In this document: positions 9,392-19,247 of the stretch, in pieces
How the letters are laid out: every line of letters begins with the position of its first letter
Numbering within the stretch: the stretch's first letter is position 1
From: Candidatus Bathyarchaeia archaeon
GTDB taxonomy: Archaea; Thermoproteota; Bathyarchaeia; Bathyarchaeales; Bathycorpusculaceae
Reading direction: 5' to 3'
DNA: 64,000 nucleotides
Assembly (NCBI GenBank): GCA_050010755.1
Contig: JBEKKK010000001.1
Coordinates: forward strand, 416,001-480,000
Notes under the pieces: generated by a model
What the model saw: the letters and a program-made list of their open reading frames with translations, nothing else
What the model was told of the DNA's origin: nothing
The model's database searches: none
Position numbers and translations under genes: made by a program

Positions 9392-9526
9392 AAGAGTTTT
9401 GTTTCAATTTGCTTTTAAGCGTACTGTTTGAGGGCAAAAGCAAAATGACGTGTAGGAATCCGCACGAGCTACGATCTTTTCGTCGCCCGTCAACGCATTC
9501 GGTGCAAACGACACATTGGCGGGGGG

Positions 9527-10786
9527 CTATTGAATTCTAACGTTGCGTTTCCGCCTGAAAACGAAAGTAGCCAGTAGCGTTGCCACCATAAAGAGTGGCA
9601 GAAATAGGTATATATTAAATTCTGGGGTTGCCGGCGCCCCGAGGGCATAGATATTGCCATCCGTTGATCCCACGTAAAGTACTCCGTTAAGCACAGCAGG
9701 AGAAGAATCCACTGCACCACCAGTCCTATAACTCCAAACAAATTTTCCATTAGCAGCGTTAAGACAGTAGGTATTATTGTCATTAGATCCCACGTAGACG
9801 AGACCATCAGCAACAGCAGGAGAAGAAATCACCGCGTCATGCGTCGCGTAACGCCAAACAACCGATCCATTAACAGCGTTCAGACAGTAAACGTTATCGT
9901 CCTGCGATCCGACGTAGACCAGGCCCCCAGCAACGGCAGGAGAAGACCCCACATAGCTTCCTGTTACATAACTCCAAACAAGCGATCCTGTAGCGGCGTT
10001 AAGACAGTAAACCTTCCCATCGTCGGATCCCACGTATACAAAACCACCCGAAACCGTGGGAGAAGAATCCACGAAGCTGCCGGTCGTGTAACTCCAAACA
10101 GGCGACCCCGTAGCAGCGTTCAAACAGTAAACCTTCTGATCATTTAGAGATCCCACGTAAACAAAGCCCCCTACAACGGCGGGAGAAGCATCTACTGGGC
10201 CGCCTACACCGTGCTGCCAAACCAACGTCCCCGAAACGGCGTTGAAGCAGTAAACGCTCCTACCGTCAGAGCCCACGTAAACTAGACCGTCAACGACGGC
10301 AGGTGAAGAATCGCCAATGGAGCCCGCCACCTTGTACAGCCAAATGAGCGATCCATTAGCAGCGCTCAGACAGTAGATATAATCGTCCAGTGAACCCACA
10401 TACACAAAGCCGCCCACAACGGCGGGAGAAGAATACACGACGCCACCCGTTGGGTAACGCCAGATAACCGCTCCCGTGTTAGCGTTCAGACAATAAACGT
10501 GATAATCATGAGACCCCACGTAAACAAAACCACCTGCAACAGCAGGAGAAGAAAGACGAGCGTTGGCCGCATACTCCCAGAGAGTTTGGTTCGTATTCGG
10601 CCCCGTAGAGGTTGAAGCTCCCGAATGATTGGGGTCATGGTGGAACATCGGCCACGAATCGACAGTATCCGCACTTGCCAGTTGAATCTTATAAGCTATT
10701 GCTAACATGCCCAGCATGAGAAAAAACAGCATTAGAATCGAAACAGCATCCTTGGGCAATTTGACCGCTCTCTCTCCAAACGTCAA
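9527..10786 (-). CDS. Secreted PQQ-like beta-propeller repeat protein with a PEF-CTERM-like anchor
   Basis: Signal peptide, WPMFHHD..HSG, about 8 repeats of SSPAV.GG.VYVGS.D..VYCLNA..G...W.Y, then TPEF, a TM helix and RRKR. Confidence 0.9.
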   Translation of the reverse strand: MTFGERAVKLPKDAVSILMLFFLMLGMLAIAYKIQLASADTVDSWPMFHHDPNHSGASTSTGPNTNQTLWEYAANARLSSPAVAGGFVYVGSHDYHVYCLNANTGAVIWRYPTGGVVYSSPAVVGGFVYVGSLDDYIYCLSAANGSLIWLYKVAGSIGDSSPAVVDGLVYVGSDGRSVYCFNAVSGTLVWQHGVGGPVDASPAVVGGFVYVGSLNDQKVYCLNAATGSPVWSYTTGSFVDSSPTVSGGFVYVGSDDGKVYCLNAATGSLVWSYVTGSYVGSSPAVAGGLVYVGSQDDNVYCLNAVNGSVVWRYATHDAVISSPAVADGLVYVGSNDNNTYCLNAANGKFVWSYRTGGAVDSSPAVLNGVLYVGSTDGNIYALGAPATPEFNIYLFLPLFMVATLLATFVFRRKRNVRIQ

Positions 10787-10856
10787 ATCAGCATGCCGTG
10801 ATAAAAGACTTCCTCACAGAGTCTCAAATTAGATTCCGCGCTTCTGATTTTCTTTT

Positions 10857-10958
10857 TCAGGCTATTATCTTCTTGCTTTCTTCAGCCTGCTTCTGGCGTT
10901 GCCTAATCCAATCACAGAAGAAGCCGCCTTCTGGCTCAGGCGCTAAACCTCTTGACAA
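10857..10958 (-). CDS. Possible 33-aa small ORF
   Basis: TTG start preceded by GGGAG; reads MSRGLAPEPEGGFFCDWIRQRQKQAEESKKIIA. Confidence 0.25.
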   Translation of the reverse strand: MSRGLAPEPEGGFFCDWIRQRQKQAEESKKIIA

Positions 10959-11020
10959 GAAACTCCCTTAAAATTAAAACTTCAATGAGGCAGATATAAA
11001 TTGCAGGCAACTTGAGTTTT

Positions 11021-11839
11021 TCACAGCAGATACGGCGAGAACTGTATATATCCAATGACTGTGAGAGCTGCGCTCGCTGCGAACATCAATGCCCACACAG
11101 TCTTGCTCCAGTGGAATACTTTGAGCCCGTCGAAAACGCCGTAAGGAATCAGATTAAAGGCCGCCAAATAGGCGTTAAAAAACCCACCGAAATAGAAAAA
11201 CGCAACTAAGGGACTCGGCGCAACAATTGCGCCCCCAAGGAACCCTAGAGATAATAAAATGTTAGTTATTGGTCCCGCCATGGAAACTCTTCCTATGTCT
11301 CTTTTTTCAGCGGGCCCGGCGATCATCACTGCACCGGGAGAAATGAGCTTGATCGGCAAGAATGCGAAGATCAGTGTCACGACGGCGCCCCAGAGGGTCA
11401 ACCTGAACTCGGCCCAGAGACCTTTTCTCTGAGCGATCACTTTGTGCGCAATCTCGTGAATGAAAAAGGACATGGTAAGAATCACGGTGAAAGCTACAGC
11501 AGACTCAAGCAAACTGACTGAAGTTAAGATGCTGCCATAAAGAACGGACAACAACCCGACGGCGACAACAAGCAGCGCAGCTATGGCCAAGTGTTTAACC
11601 TCCGTGGGACTGAAATAAACGCGTCCCTTAGCTTTTGGGGGCATTCCAAAAGTGACCTTGTACTGGTAGGAGCTCTGCTTCGACATGACTTCGGCCTCCC
11701 GCTGCCTCTGCGCTCGGGCGACATCCAACTTTGGACAATTGTGGTTCTCAGGCAAACGATGAGCAGCGCAGAACTGACCGCCACAATAAGAACACTGAAA
11801 CGCCATGAATATTTCTTGACCGCATGCCTCGCATTTCAT
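11021..11839 (-). CDS. AN1-type zinc finger fused to an M50 site-2 protease
   Basis: CEAC..FQCSYCGGQFCAAHRLPENHNC; HEIAH, AGP..N and NLIPYGVFDG. Confidence 0.9.
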   Translation of the reverse strand: MKCEACGQEIFMAFQCSYCGGQFCAAHRLPENHNCPKLDVARAQRQREAEVMSKQSSYQYKVTFGMPPKAKGRVYFSPTEVKHLAIAALLVVAVGLLSVLYGSILTSVSLLESAVAFTVILTMSFFIHEIAHKVIAQRKGLWAEFRLTLWGAVVTLIFAFLPIKLISPGAVMIAGPAEKRDIGRVSMAGPITNILLSLGFLGGAIVAPSPLVAFFYFGGFFNAYLAAFNLIPYGVFDGLKVFHWSKTVWALMFAASAALTVIGYIQFSPYLL

Positions 11840-12023
11840 TGGGAAACCTTTTCCAGCCTATAGGAAAGATACCGTTTATACTTTCCCCTCAACGCCCAAA
11901 ACTCTCGACGCATAAGCCGGCAGTCTGACAAGGACATAGAAAGGGGGCGAAAATACTAATGAGCGCTCGACCATACGGTAATTGGTCAAGACTCTCCGCT
12001 GAAGCTCAAAAAACCCAAAAACC

Positions 12024-13458
12024 CTTCTTGCCCTTCCTCATATACTATTACAGAAAATCCACACAGCTTCGTATCATATCAAAACGTTTACATATTCATC
12101 GACGGACTCCCGTGCCTCGGTGACTGAAATAGCAACCAAGTGGAATTCGATGTTTAACGCCCTAATAGCTGCGCTATGACGCTGATGGAGTATCTATGGC
12201 CGTTGAGTTTCTTCACTCATGGATCGGTCAAAAACCTTGTATACACCGTGAGTGCACATATGAGAGCAGGGAGGGAATAAATGGATCCGACAGAATTGTT
12301 CATACTTGCAGTGGCTGTTATCTTAATAGTCTTCATCCTTGCTTGGCTGTTAAGTGTCTCGATACGGCAGGTCAGGCCTACGCAGAGGGGACTCGTGGAA
12401 CGCTTAGGCAAGTACCACAGATTCGTCGAAGGTGGCCTAACGCTCTTGATGCCATATGTAGACAGAATCATCAAGGTCAATACGACCGAACAAATGACCC
12501 CAGTACAACGCCAAGACGTCATAACGAGAGACAAAGTGTTCATGGGTGTAGACGCCGTCGTCTTCTACAGAGTCAAAAGAGATGAAACGAGCGTAAAGGC
12601 CTCAGAATACAGTGTCAACAACTACACAGTGCAAATAGATACTCTCGCCCGAACGGTTCTAAGAGACATAATCGGCGGCATGGACATGACCGTCGCTAAT
12701 ACGTCAAGACACATCATAAACCAAGAGCTGAAAGAGGCGCTTGACGAACAAACCGAGAGCTGGGGAATCGAAATAGTCCGCGCAGAAATAAAAGACCTCG
12801 AACCTCCGAAGGAATTAATCGCGTCTATGGAGTCGGTCCTAAAGGCAGACAACGACAGACAGGCTGCGGAAAAAACCGCGGTTGCCCAAGCAACTCTAGC
12901 CACAGGACAAAAGAACGCTGCTATACAAGTTGCCGAGGGAGAAAAACAAGCATCAATCCTTAGAGCTGAAGGTCAACGACAAGCCACGATCACTATAGCT
13001 GAAGGAGACGCGCAAGCCACGAAACTGCGCAATGAGGCTTTGACGACGTACTTCAAAGACAGTGCCATCACCTTCAAGCAGCTTGAAACGATCTCAACGT
13101 CATTGATGAACAACACTAAAATGATCATACCAGAAGGAAAAGCACTGACGCTCATACTCAATGAAATGCAGAATTTCTCAAGAGAGTCAATAATCCCAAT
13201 TCCGATGCAGCCTCAAAAGAAATAGCCGATATCGTGTCTGACTGCAGAACAATCAGGGCTCTAGCAAAGAACCATCAGGTATATCAAATAGAAGATCACA
13301 CTCTGTTTCTTCCCTCAATTTTCTCCATCGGTCAAGTATCAAGTCGGCCTTGAGAAGAAAGTCATTACAAAGCCATATTAACAGAAAACAAAAGATACGT
13401 AAGTTGCCAAAAAGAGCCTTCGGCTTCTGCTCTTCCTCATACTATATTACAGAAAATC
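12024..13458 (+). repeat. About 35-bp imperfect direct repeats (12024-12059 and 13424-13458) flanking the SPFH gene
   Basis: CTTCTTGCCCTTCCTCATATACTATTACAGAAAATC versus CTTCTGCTCTTCCTCATACTATATTACAGAAAATC. Confidence 0.65.
12281..13225 (+). CDS. SPFH/Band-7 (QmcA/stomatin-like) membrane protein
   Basis: N-terminal TM, GLVERLGKY, QDVITRD.V..VDAVVFY, LRDIIG, WGI.I.R.EIKD, AEG repeats. Confidence 0.95.
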   Translation: MDPTELFILAVAVILIVFILAWLLSVSIRQVRPTQRGLVERLGKYHRFVEGGLTLLMPYVDRIIKVNTTEQMTPVQRQDVITRDKVFMGVDAVVFYRVKRDETSVKASEYSVNNYTVQIDTLARTVLRDIIGGMDMTVANTSRHIINQELKEALDEQTESWGIEIVRAEIKDLEPPKELIASMESVLKADNDRQAAEKTAVAQATLATGQKNAAIQVAEGEKQASILRAEGQRQATITIAEGDAQATKLRNEALTTYFKDSAITFKQLETISTSLMNNTKMIIPEGKALTLILNEMQNFSRESIIPIPMQPQKK

Positions 13459-13693
13459 AGCATGCACCATCCCTACACCAAAGCCATGCCACCTACCAAT
13501 TCGTCGTCAGCTGCGACAGAGACGGCGACAAGGCGCAAGCTCTTATTCTTTTTCATTCTCGCCTCGCACAAGCCCATTTCAGAAAACCAATTCTCGAAAG
13601 AGAACGTCAGATCGCGAGCGCATATCGCCTGTTGCTCCAGCACGACAGTCACACACGTTTATGACCATTGATTGCTCATATCTCGTTAGGTGA

Positions 13694-13894
13694 ATGAAGA
13701 TGGCTAACACTCCCTGGGAGGAGGTCGACAAACTCCGGGCCTCGATACTAGCAGAGGTCATCCGAAGAGACTACCTCGAACAAATGCTCGAAAAAGCCAA
13801 ATTGATGGAATCCTCCCATGGAAAAGACTACCCGCGCAACCTGTCCCAAGCATTCCAATATCTGATTGACACAGAACCCCGCAAACCAGAATAG
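13694..13894 (+). CDS. Small hypothetical protein
   Basis: 66-aa ORF preceded by an AGGTGA SD-like sequence. Confidence 0.5.
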   Translation: MKMANTPWEEVDKLRASILAEVIRRDYLEQMLEKAKLMESSHGKDYPRNLSQAFQYLIDTEPRKPE

Positions 13895-14020
13895 CAGAAC
13901 ATGCCCTTAGACCCGGCGGATACAGAGAATCTATCATCCCATACGTCAGTCTATTGTAAGCCGCGTCTAAAGGCTTTAATCTCCAGCGCCCGAAATCAGT
14001 TTTGCTGAGAGGCTGGGAGA

Positions 14021-14449
14021 TTGGATGAAATTCTAAGCTTGCTGGAAAAGGCCACAAAGCGGGCTCAGAAAACTCTGGACGAAAATAAACACTCATCTTC
14101 TACGCAGATTGAAGCTTACGAGAAGGTGCTAAAATCCAGAGAGTCTTCCGAAACGCAGAGAGCCAAAGCAACTCTCGGAAGAATGATTGAATACAACCGC
14201 CTAGAAGGATTATCCTCTCAACTGAGCCTCCTTTACATCCTTCAGATGTTCGCCTTCAAAGTCAAAATCCTCCAAATCTCGGTAGACAACATTAAGGAAC
14301 AATTGGCAAAACCGGAGTTCCTAGACAAGACCAAGGACATCGAAAACATAAAAAAGAACATCGACACCCTAACCATCCTCCTCGAAGCCCAATACGAAGC
14401 AACAAAACAAATCGGAGAAAACCGCGAAAACCTCTCCTACGTCTCCTAG
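14021..14449 (+). CDS. Hypothetical helical protein
   Basis: 142-aa ORF with coding-like composition and an upstream GGGAG. Confidence 0.65.
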   Translation: MDEILSLLEKATKRAQKTLDENKHSSSTQIEAYEKVLKSRESSETQRAKATLGRMIEYNRLEGLSSQLSLLYILQMFAFKVKILQISVDNIKEQLAKPEFLDKTKDIENIKKNIDTLTILLEAQYEATKQIGENRENLSYVS

Positions 14450-14484
14450 AACACCAAACGATGAAAATTCAAACGAACGCTGTG

Positions 14485-15399
14485 CTAACCCTTCCGTTTT
14501 CGGCGGCGCATCCGTTTCTCAAGTAATATCAAGTGCGTCTGGTGATCTTCTTCCGATCTCAGGCCAACTCCATCCAGAGCCTTCTCAAACCTAGTCTCAA
14601 ACGTGCAAGCAATCGAGCCGAGCCCGCGTTTCAAGGCCAATGTCACGTTACGGGAAAACTGAGCCAGAAAACCGGACGAGTCAACCGCGTAGGCGGTGAA
14701 GCCCCAATAGGACTCATCAGGTTCTTTGCCAGAAGGACTAATCGATAAAGAATCCAATCTTCCTCTTTTCAGGGCGACGTAAAAACTGTGGTTCTTCCCC
14801 ACCTCTTTAACGTTGGAAGAGGTGTTATCCAGGGCCTTCCACTCGTAGATTAGCATCCCCTGAGGAAGAATATGAGGGTTGGTTTCCAGCAGGCCATATG
14901 TTCTTTCTAGGCCGAACTTCCGTATCGGGGGATATTCTGTTGATGTTGGAATCTGTTTGAGGTTATGGTACCAAGAAACGGTCATCCTGAGGATTCTTGA
15001 GAATCCTGCCATCTTGGCAAGCTTCACGGAAGCCGCGTTTTCATCAGACGTTGTGTAGCGAAGCCGTTCAACGCCCAAGCGTTCACCCTCTCTGAGGATA
15101 GTCTCAGTGAGGTCGTTTGCGAATCCTCTGCCCCTATACTCAGGGTGTACCCGAAGTCCTTCCATCCAGCCAATCCTTCCGTCTTCCACCAACCGAATCC
15201 TGCCAACGGCAACAACGCGCCCGTCAACTTCAACTCCATAAAAGCGACTATTCGAGTCGCGCAACCACTCGTCAACCACAGACGGGAGGTAATCGTGCCC
15301 CTCCCAAATGTGACTCGATATCTCTATCACATCGTCACGATCCGAACCTTGGAGCCTTCTAACAGTCGCTACCATGAGCCTCGACCAAGTTTTTCTCAC
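14485..15399 (-). CDS. GNAT-family N-acetyltransferase
   Basis: IWEGHDYLP, WMEGLRVHPEYRGRGFA, N.AS..LA...GF; the true start is probably the ATG near 15375. Confidence 0.9.
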   Translation of the reverse strand: MRKTWSRLMVATVRRLQGSDRDDVIEISSHIWEGHDYLPSVVDEWLRDSNSRFYGVEVDGRVVAVGRIRLVEDGRIGWMEGLRVHPEYRGRGFANDLTETILREGERLGVERLRYTTSDENAASVKLAKMAGFSRILRMTVSWYHNLKQIPTSTEYPPIRKFGLERTYGLLETNPHILPQGMLIYEWKALDNTSSNVKEVGKNHSFYVALKRGRLDSLSISPSGKEPDESYWGFTAYAVDSSGFLAQFSRNVTLALKRGLGSIACTFETRFEKALDGVGLRSEEDHQTHLILLEKRMRRRKRKG

Positions 15400-15621
15400 C
15401 TGCGCTTTTATCTATTGCGCCTCCCGATTTCTAGCGATCCTTTTCTGCAACCGTTCAGTCACAGCGCGCGCGGACACTCGCTAACAGCGCATCAGCAAAG
15501 GCAAACAGAACACGCTCATTCGGTCGGAAAATCGCTTAGTGGATGCAGACCACTTGGAAAAGGATGGACATCGCTCTTGGGCTGGCGGTGTTCCTTGAAA
15601 CTTATGACGTGAAAGCGAGGC

Positions 15622-16134
15622 GTGTTGGTTAATCTTTTAAGAACTTTGCCTGCAGAGTGTATTCGGCGATGTTTCGTGTCGGAAACTCCGCGTGAATTTG
15701 ATTTGGCTTTCCTAGAGTCTGAACTGAAGGGCAAGACGCTCATCGTGTACTGGTACCTGCTGGAGCGATCCACGCATTCCGTGGGGGTTAGAGAGGTTCA
15801 ACGCGCCCTCAAGTTTTCAAGCCCCAGCATTGCCGTTCACCATCTTCAGAAGCTGCAAGATCTAGGCCTCGTTGAGAAGAAGGGAACAGGCGAGTACGTA
15901 CTCAAGGAAGAAGTGAAAGTGGGCATTCTGCGACTTTTCACCAGAATGGGGCGATTCATGGTTCCTCGATACTTGTTCTATTCGGTCCTTTTCACCACCC
16001 TGCTGACGGCTTACTTGACGCTGACCATAATCGGCCAAACCACACCCAGCTTCTACGCAGTGACTTTCGGCCTCATTGCAACCTTCATTTTCTGGGTCGA
16101 AACCGCCAGACTATGGAGAGCGAGACCGGCATGA
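15622..16134 (+). CDS. Winged-HTH protein with two C-terminal TM helices
   Basis: LKGKTL.VYWYLL...GVREVQRALKFSSPS.A.HHL.KL..LGLV.K..G.Y, then PRYLFY and 2 TM. Confidence 0.8.
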   Translation: MLVNLLRTLPAECIRRCFVSETPREFDLAFLESELKGKTLIVYWYLLERSTHSVGVREVQRALKFSSPSIAVHHLQKLQDLGLVEKKGTGEYVLKEEVKVGILRLFTRMGRFMVPRYLFYSVLFTTLLTAYLTLTIIGQTTPSFYAVTFGLIATFIFWVETARLWRARPA

Positions 16135-16186
16135 ACCCTCAACATCCTGTTCTAAAACGTAGAACTAAAAGCCAATACTCCACCAG

Positions 16187-16507
16187 TTGCTATGGGGGAC
16201 ATACGCGTTGAAGAAGACTCTGCTTTACCTTCTTGCCGCGGCCATCCTAGGCGTACTCATCACCGTCGTCCCATTAATCGCCGTTGCCGCGACAAGAATC
16301 GGAAGCAGCCCACAGCACGCATTTGCCCCGTCGCTAGGCCAAGGTCTCAAGCAGCTCGACGGAGGTGGCTCGAGCACTTCACAGGCTAACAGATCAGACT
16401 TGACAGTTCTCGGAATCAGCCTCTTCATCGCACTCTTGGCTTACACTCTCATCGGACGCAGAGCACCACGCAGGTACGACCTCTACATGAGGCTTCCTTC
16501 CCACTAA
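16187..16507 (+). CDS. Small two-TM membrane protein
   Basis: Two hydrophobic segments and a basic tail. Confidence 0.6.
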   Translation: MLWGTYALKKTLLYLLAAAILGVLITVVPLIAVAATRIGSSPQHAFAPSLGQGLKQLDGGGSSTSQANRSDLTVLGISLFIALLAYTLIGRRAPRRYDLYMRLPSH

Positions 16508-16597
16508 AACCTGCTTGTTTAGATCCTGAACATAACTTGAACAGCGAAACATCAGATGACCCCCGTGTTCTGCGAAGGCCCCATTTGACTGTCATAA

Positions 16598-17308
16598 ATG
16601 ACGGTCTTATATTTCTCTCAACAATTGGGTATAGGCATGTTGAAAGTGGGACACAGAGGGGCGCGGGCCTACGAGCCTGAAAACACGTTACGCAGTTTCA
16701 AGAAGGCCCTAGAATTGGGCGTGAACGCCGTGGAACTTGATGTCCGCGTGACAAAAGACGGCGAAGTCGTGGTGATCCACGATGCGGAAGTTGAGAGAAC
16801 AACAAACGGAAAAGGCCTAGTCAATGAGCTAACGCTGAAAGAGATAAAACAGCTCAACACGGAAAAGGATGAGAAGATTCCGACGCTTGAGGAAGCCCTC
16901 GATTTCCTAGACAAAAAGCTGAAAGTGCTGATAGAACTGAAGGAAACAGGCTTAGAAGCGAAAGTCTTGAACACCGTTCAGAAGAAGGGACTAGAAAAGA
17001 ACGTGATAATCGTCTCCTTCCTCGAAGAAACTCTCAGAAAAGTCAGAGAACTCAACGAAAAAGTGGAAACAGGCTTGATAAACGTGAAAAACAAGAACCA
17101 AGTGAAATCAGCAACTGAACTGAAAGCAAACTATCTGCTTCCGTTCTACAGGTTCACGCACACCGCAGACGTTCAGAAAGCTCATCAAAACGGCTTAAAA
17201 GTGATAGTATGGACGATAAACAAACCCGAAGAGGTAGCCGATTACACCAAAAAAGGCGTTGACGGCATAACGAGCGACACGCCGGACATTCTCTCAAGAG
17301 CTGACTAG
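16598..17308 (+). CDS. glpQ: Glycerophosphodiester phosphodiesterase
   Basis: GHRGA...PENT..SF, VELDV..TKDG..VV.HD, IELK, VWTIN, VDGITSD.P. Confidence 0.92.
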   Translation: MTVLYFSQQLGIGMLKVGHRGARAYEPENTLRSFKKALELGVNAVELDVRVTKDGEVVVIHDAEVERTTNGKGLVNELTLKEIKQLNTEKDEKIPTLEEALDFLDKKLKVLIELKETGLEAKVLNTVQKKGLEKNVIIVSFLEETLRKVRELNEKVETGLINVKNKNQVKSATELKANYLLPFYRFTHTADVQKAHQNGLKVIVWTINKPEEVADYTKKGVDGITSDTPDILSRAD

Positions 17309-17317
17309 AACAAGAAG

Positions 17318-18010
17318 TTAGGCCTTCAGGTACCTGTTGTAAAAGTCTAACGTTCTCTTCCACGCGTCCTCCGCAGCTTCCGGTCTGTAGCTCTCTCGTG
17401 TGTCGTTGAAGAATGCGTGAGGCGCACCAGGGTAGATCTTAATGTCATAGACTTTCCCGTACTTGGTCAGGGCCTCTTTCAACAGGCTTATGTCAGCTTC
17501 TTTGATTGCCATATCGGCTCCAGCGTAATTGCCGAGTACTGGGCATTGAACATTCTTGACCAAGTCTATGGGCGTCGGGTTTCTGCCATAGAACACGACT
17601 GCAGCCGCAAGTTCTTTGTTACGGCAAGCCAGGAGAAGAGAAAGCCCCCCTCCCATGCAGAAGCCGATGCTTCCGATGCGCCTTGGCTGCACGTATTCCA
17701 ATGACTGGAGATATTTGAACGCGCCATTCAGGTCTCCCATTATTCGGTCCTCAGACAACTCTTCCCGTAGCTTGCGGGCCTCTTCTAGGCTTGAAACGGA
17801 CCGTCCGAACAAGTCGACCGCCAGAGCCACGTAACCCTCGTCTGCAAGTCTCTTGCTCACATCCTTAATGTGATCTACGACTCCCCATATTTCATGGATG
17901 ACTATAACTGCAGGATGTTTTCCCACATCCTTCGGCCTTGCCAAAAACCCGGCAGTCTTCTTCGCCTCGCCTCCACCTTGAAATTCAACCATAGAAGCTT
18001 CCATGCGCAA
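17318..18010 (-). CDS. Dienelactone hydrolase family protein
   Basis: HEIWG, GFCMGG nucleophile, FYG, YPGAPHAFFND. Confidence 0.92.
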   Translation of the reverse strand: MRMEASMVEFQGGGEAKKTAGFLARPKDVGKHPAVIVIHEIWGVVDHIKDVSKRLADEGYVALAVDLFGRSVSSLEEARKLREELSEDRIMGDLNGAFKYLQSLEYVQPRRIGSIGFCMGGGLSLLLACRNKELAAAVVFYGRNPTPIDLVKNVQCPVLGNYAGADMAIKEADISLLKEALTKYGKVYDIKIYPGAPHAFFNDTRESYRPEAAEDAWKRTLDFYNRYLKA

Positions 18011-18110
18011 CCATCCTCTGCACGTACTTCTTTCAGTCTAGAACGTTAATATGGCTAAATAGTTTTTCTTTCTCAGCACCGAAAGAATTAGTTGTCCCAC
18101 CACAAGTAAC

Positions 18111-18527
18111 TTGCTCGACAGGAGTGCGACTATCTTGACAGAAACTGATGAACTCTGTGTTCGTATTGAAATTGCCACGAGAAACATTAAAGAAGACTAT
18201 GAGAAAGCTCTTGGGACCGTTGGAATGCTCAAAGAGAAAATGAATTATCTGGAGCAAAAAATAGGAAAGGAGAAGCCTGAGGAAGCGACAGAAGATGCGG
18301 CCTCTCTAAAATCTGCAATAGACAATCTTGAACGATTTACAGACTCTGAAATCTTGAAGAGCAAAGAAGCGTGGAAGAAATACGAAGAATTGAAGCGCGA
18401 ATGCGAAAACCATGCATTGACGCCCCATCAGCTGATTGAACTGCGAAGCATTTGCAAGAGAACAGAACAACTGGCTGCAGACTTGCTTTGTTATTCACTC
18501 GGGCTCATAAAACAGAGAAGCACTTAG
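18111..18527 (+). CDS. Hypothetical coiled-coil protein
   Basis: 138-aa E/K-rich helical ORF. Confidence 0.5.
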   Translation: MLDRSATILTETDELCVRIEIATRNIKEDYEKALGTVGMLKEKMNYLEQKIGKEKPEEATEDAASLKSAIDNLERFTDSEILKSKEAWKKYEELKRECENHALTPHQLIELRSICKRTEQLAADLLCYSLGLIKQRST

Positions 18528-18638
18528 AAAAGCTGAATAAAACAGGCGAACCGCTTCGTTGTCAAGGCGCCGAGACGGCGAAATTGCTAAACCGCAGAGA
18601 ATAGTGCCAGCAGGGGCTTCACAGCGCTGCGAGAGGGA

Positions 18639-19133
18639 TTATCTTTGAAGGTAGGCGATCCAGCCCATGTGGGGCGGTTCCACGTCGATTTGCCACAGGA
18701 GTGCAATCAGTTCGCCGAAGTGGTGAACGTTCTCAAGGGCCACGTGAATCAGAATGTCTTCCACTCGCACCTGCACAGGCGGCACTCCCATCCTTGATAC
18801 TTCCACCTTTCTTTCGAGATCGGCCGGAGACATCTTCCCAACGAAATTTTTGGTTCTTGATTCGACATCTTTTGCACGTTTCTTTATAGAATCTATGTCC
18901 TTAAACTCGTCGTGGCTCCGTGAAACCCAAGCTTTCAAACGTCCCGAGATGACGTAGTTAATCATCCTATCCTCGGCGTCTAGCGTGTGCAAGAAAATGT
19001 TCCTCATGGAATCAAAACTTCCCCCGCGACTCTTCACAACCTCCTCCCAAGGAAGCGTTGAAAGTATATCCAAGTATCTGTTCCTTACTGTCTGGCTGTA
19101 TTCCAAGAGACTCTTTGAATCCACAGACATCAC
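18639..19133 (-). CDS. DinB-family protein
   Basis: S.RNIFLH..DAE...W; ILIHVALENVHHFGEL..LL.Q....PP. Confidence 0.85.
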   Translation of the reverse strand: MMSVDSKSLLEYSQTVRNRYLDILSTLPWEEVVKSRGGSFDSMRNIFLHTLDAEDRMINYVISGRLKAWVSRSHDEFKDIDSIKKRAKDVESRTKNFVGKMSPADLERKVEVSRMGVPPVQVRVEDILIHVALENVHHFGELIALLWQIDVEPPHMGWIAYLQR

Positions 19134-19247
19134 CTAGTAAAGTAGTATTTGCTGAAAGAGTAAATAACATTTGAGGCCGATGTACACATTCATAGTCTCC
19201 AGCGTTCAGGCGAATACAGTTGGACGTTGGAACAGTTGACGCGCGCG

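Noticed and set aside
9640-10560. 120-bp periodic DNA repeats that could look like a CRISPR or tandem array
   Set aside because: They are the coding repeats of the PQQ-like beta-propeller; no invariant repeat with unique spacers
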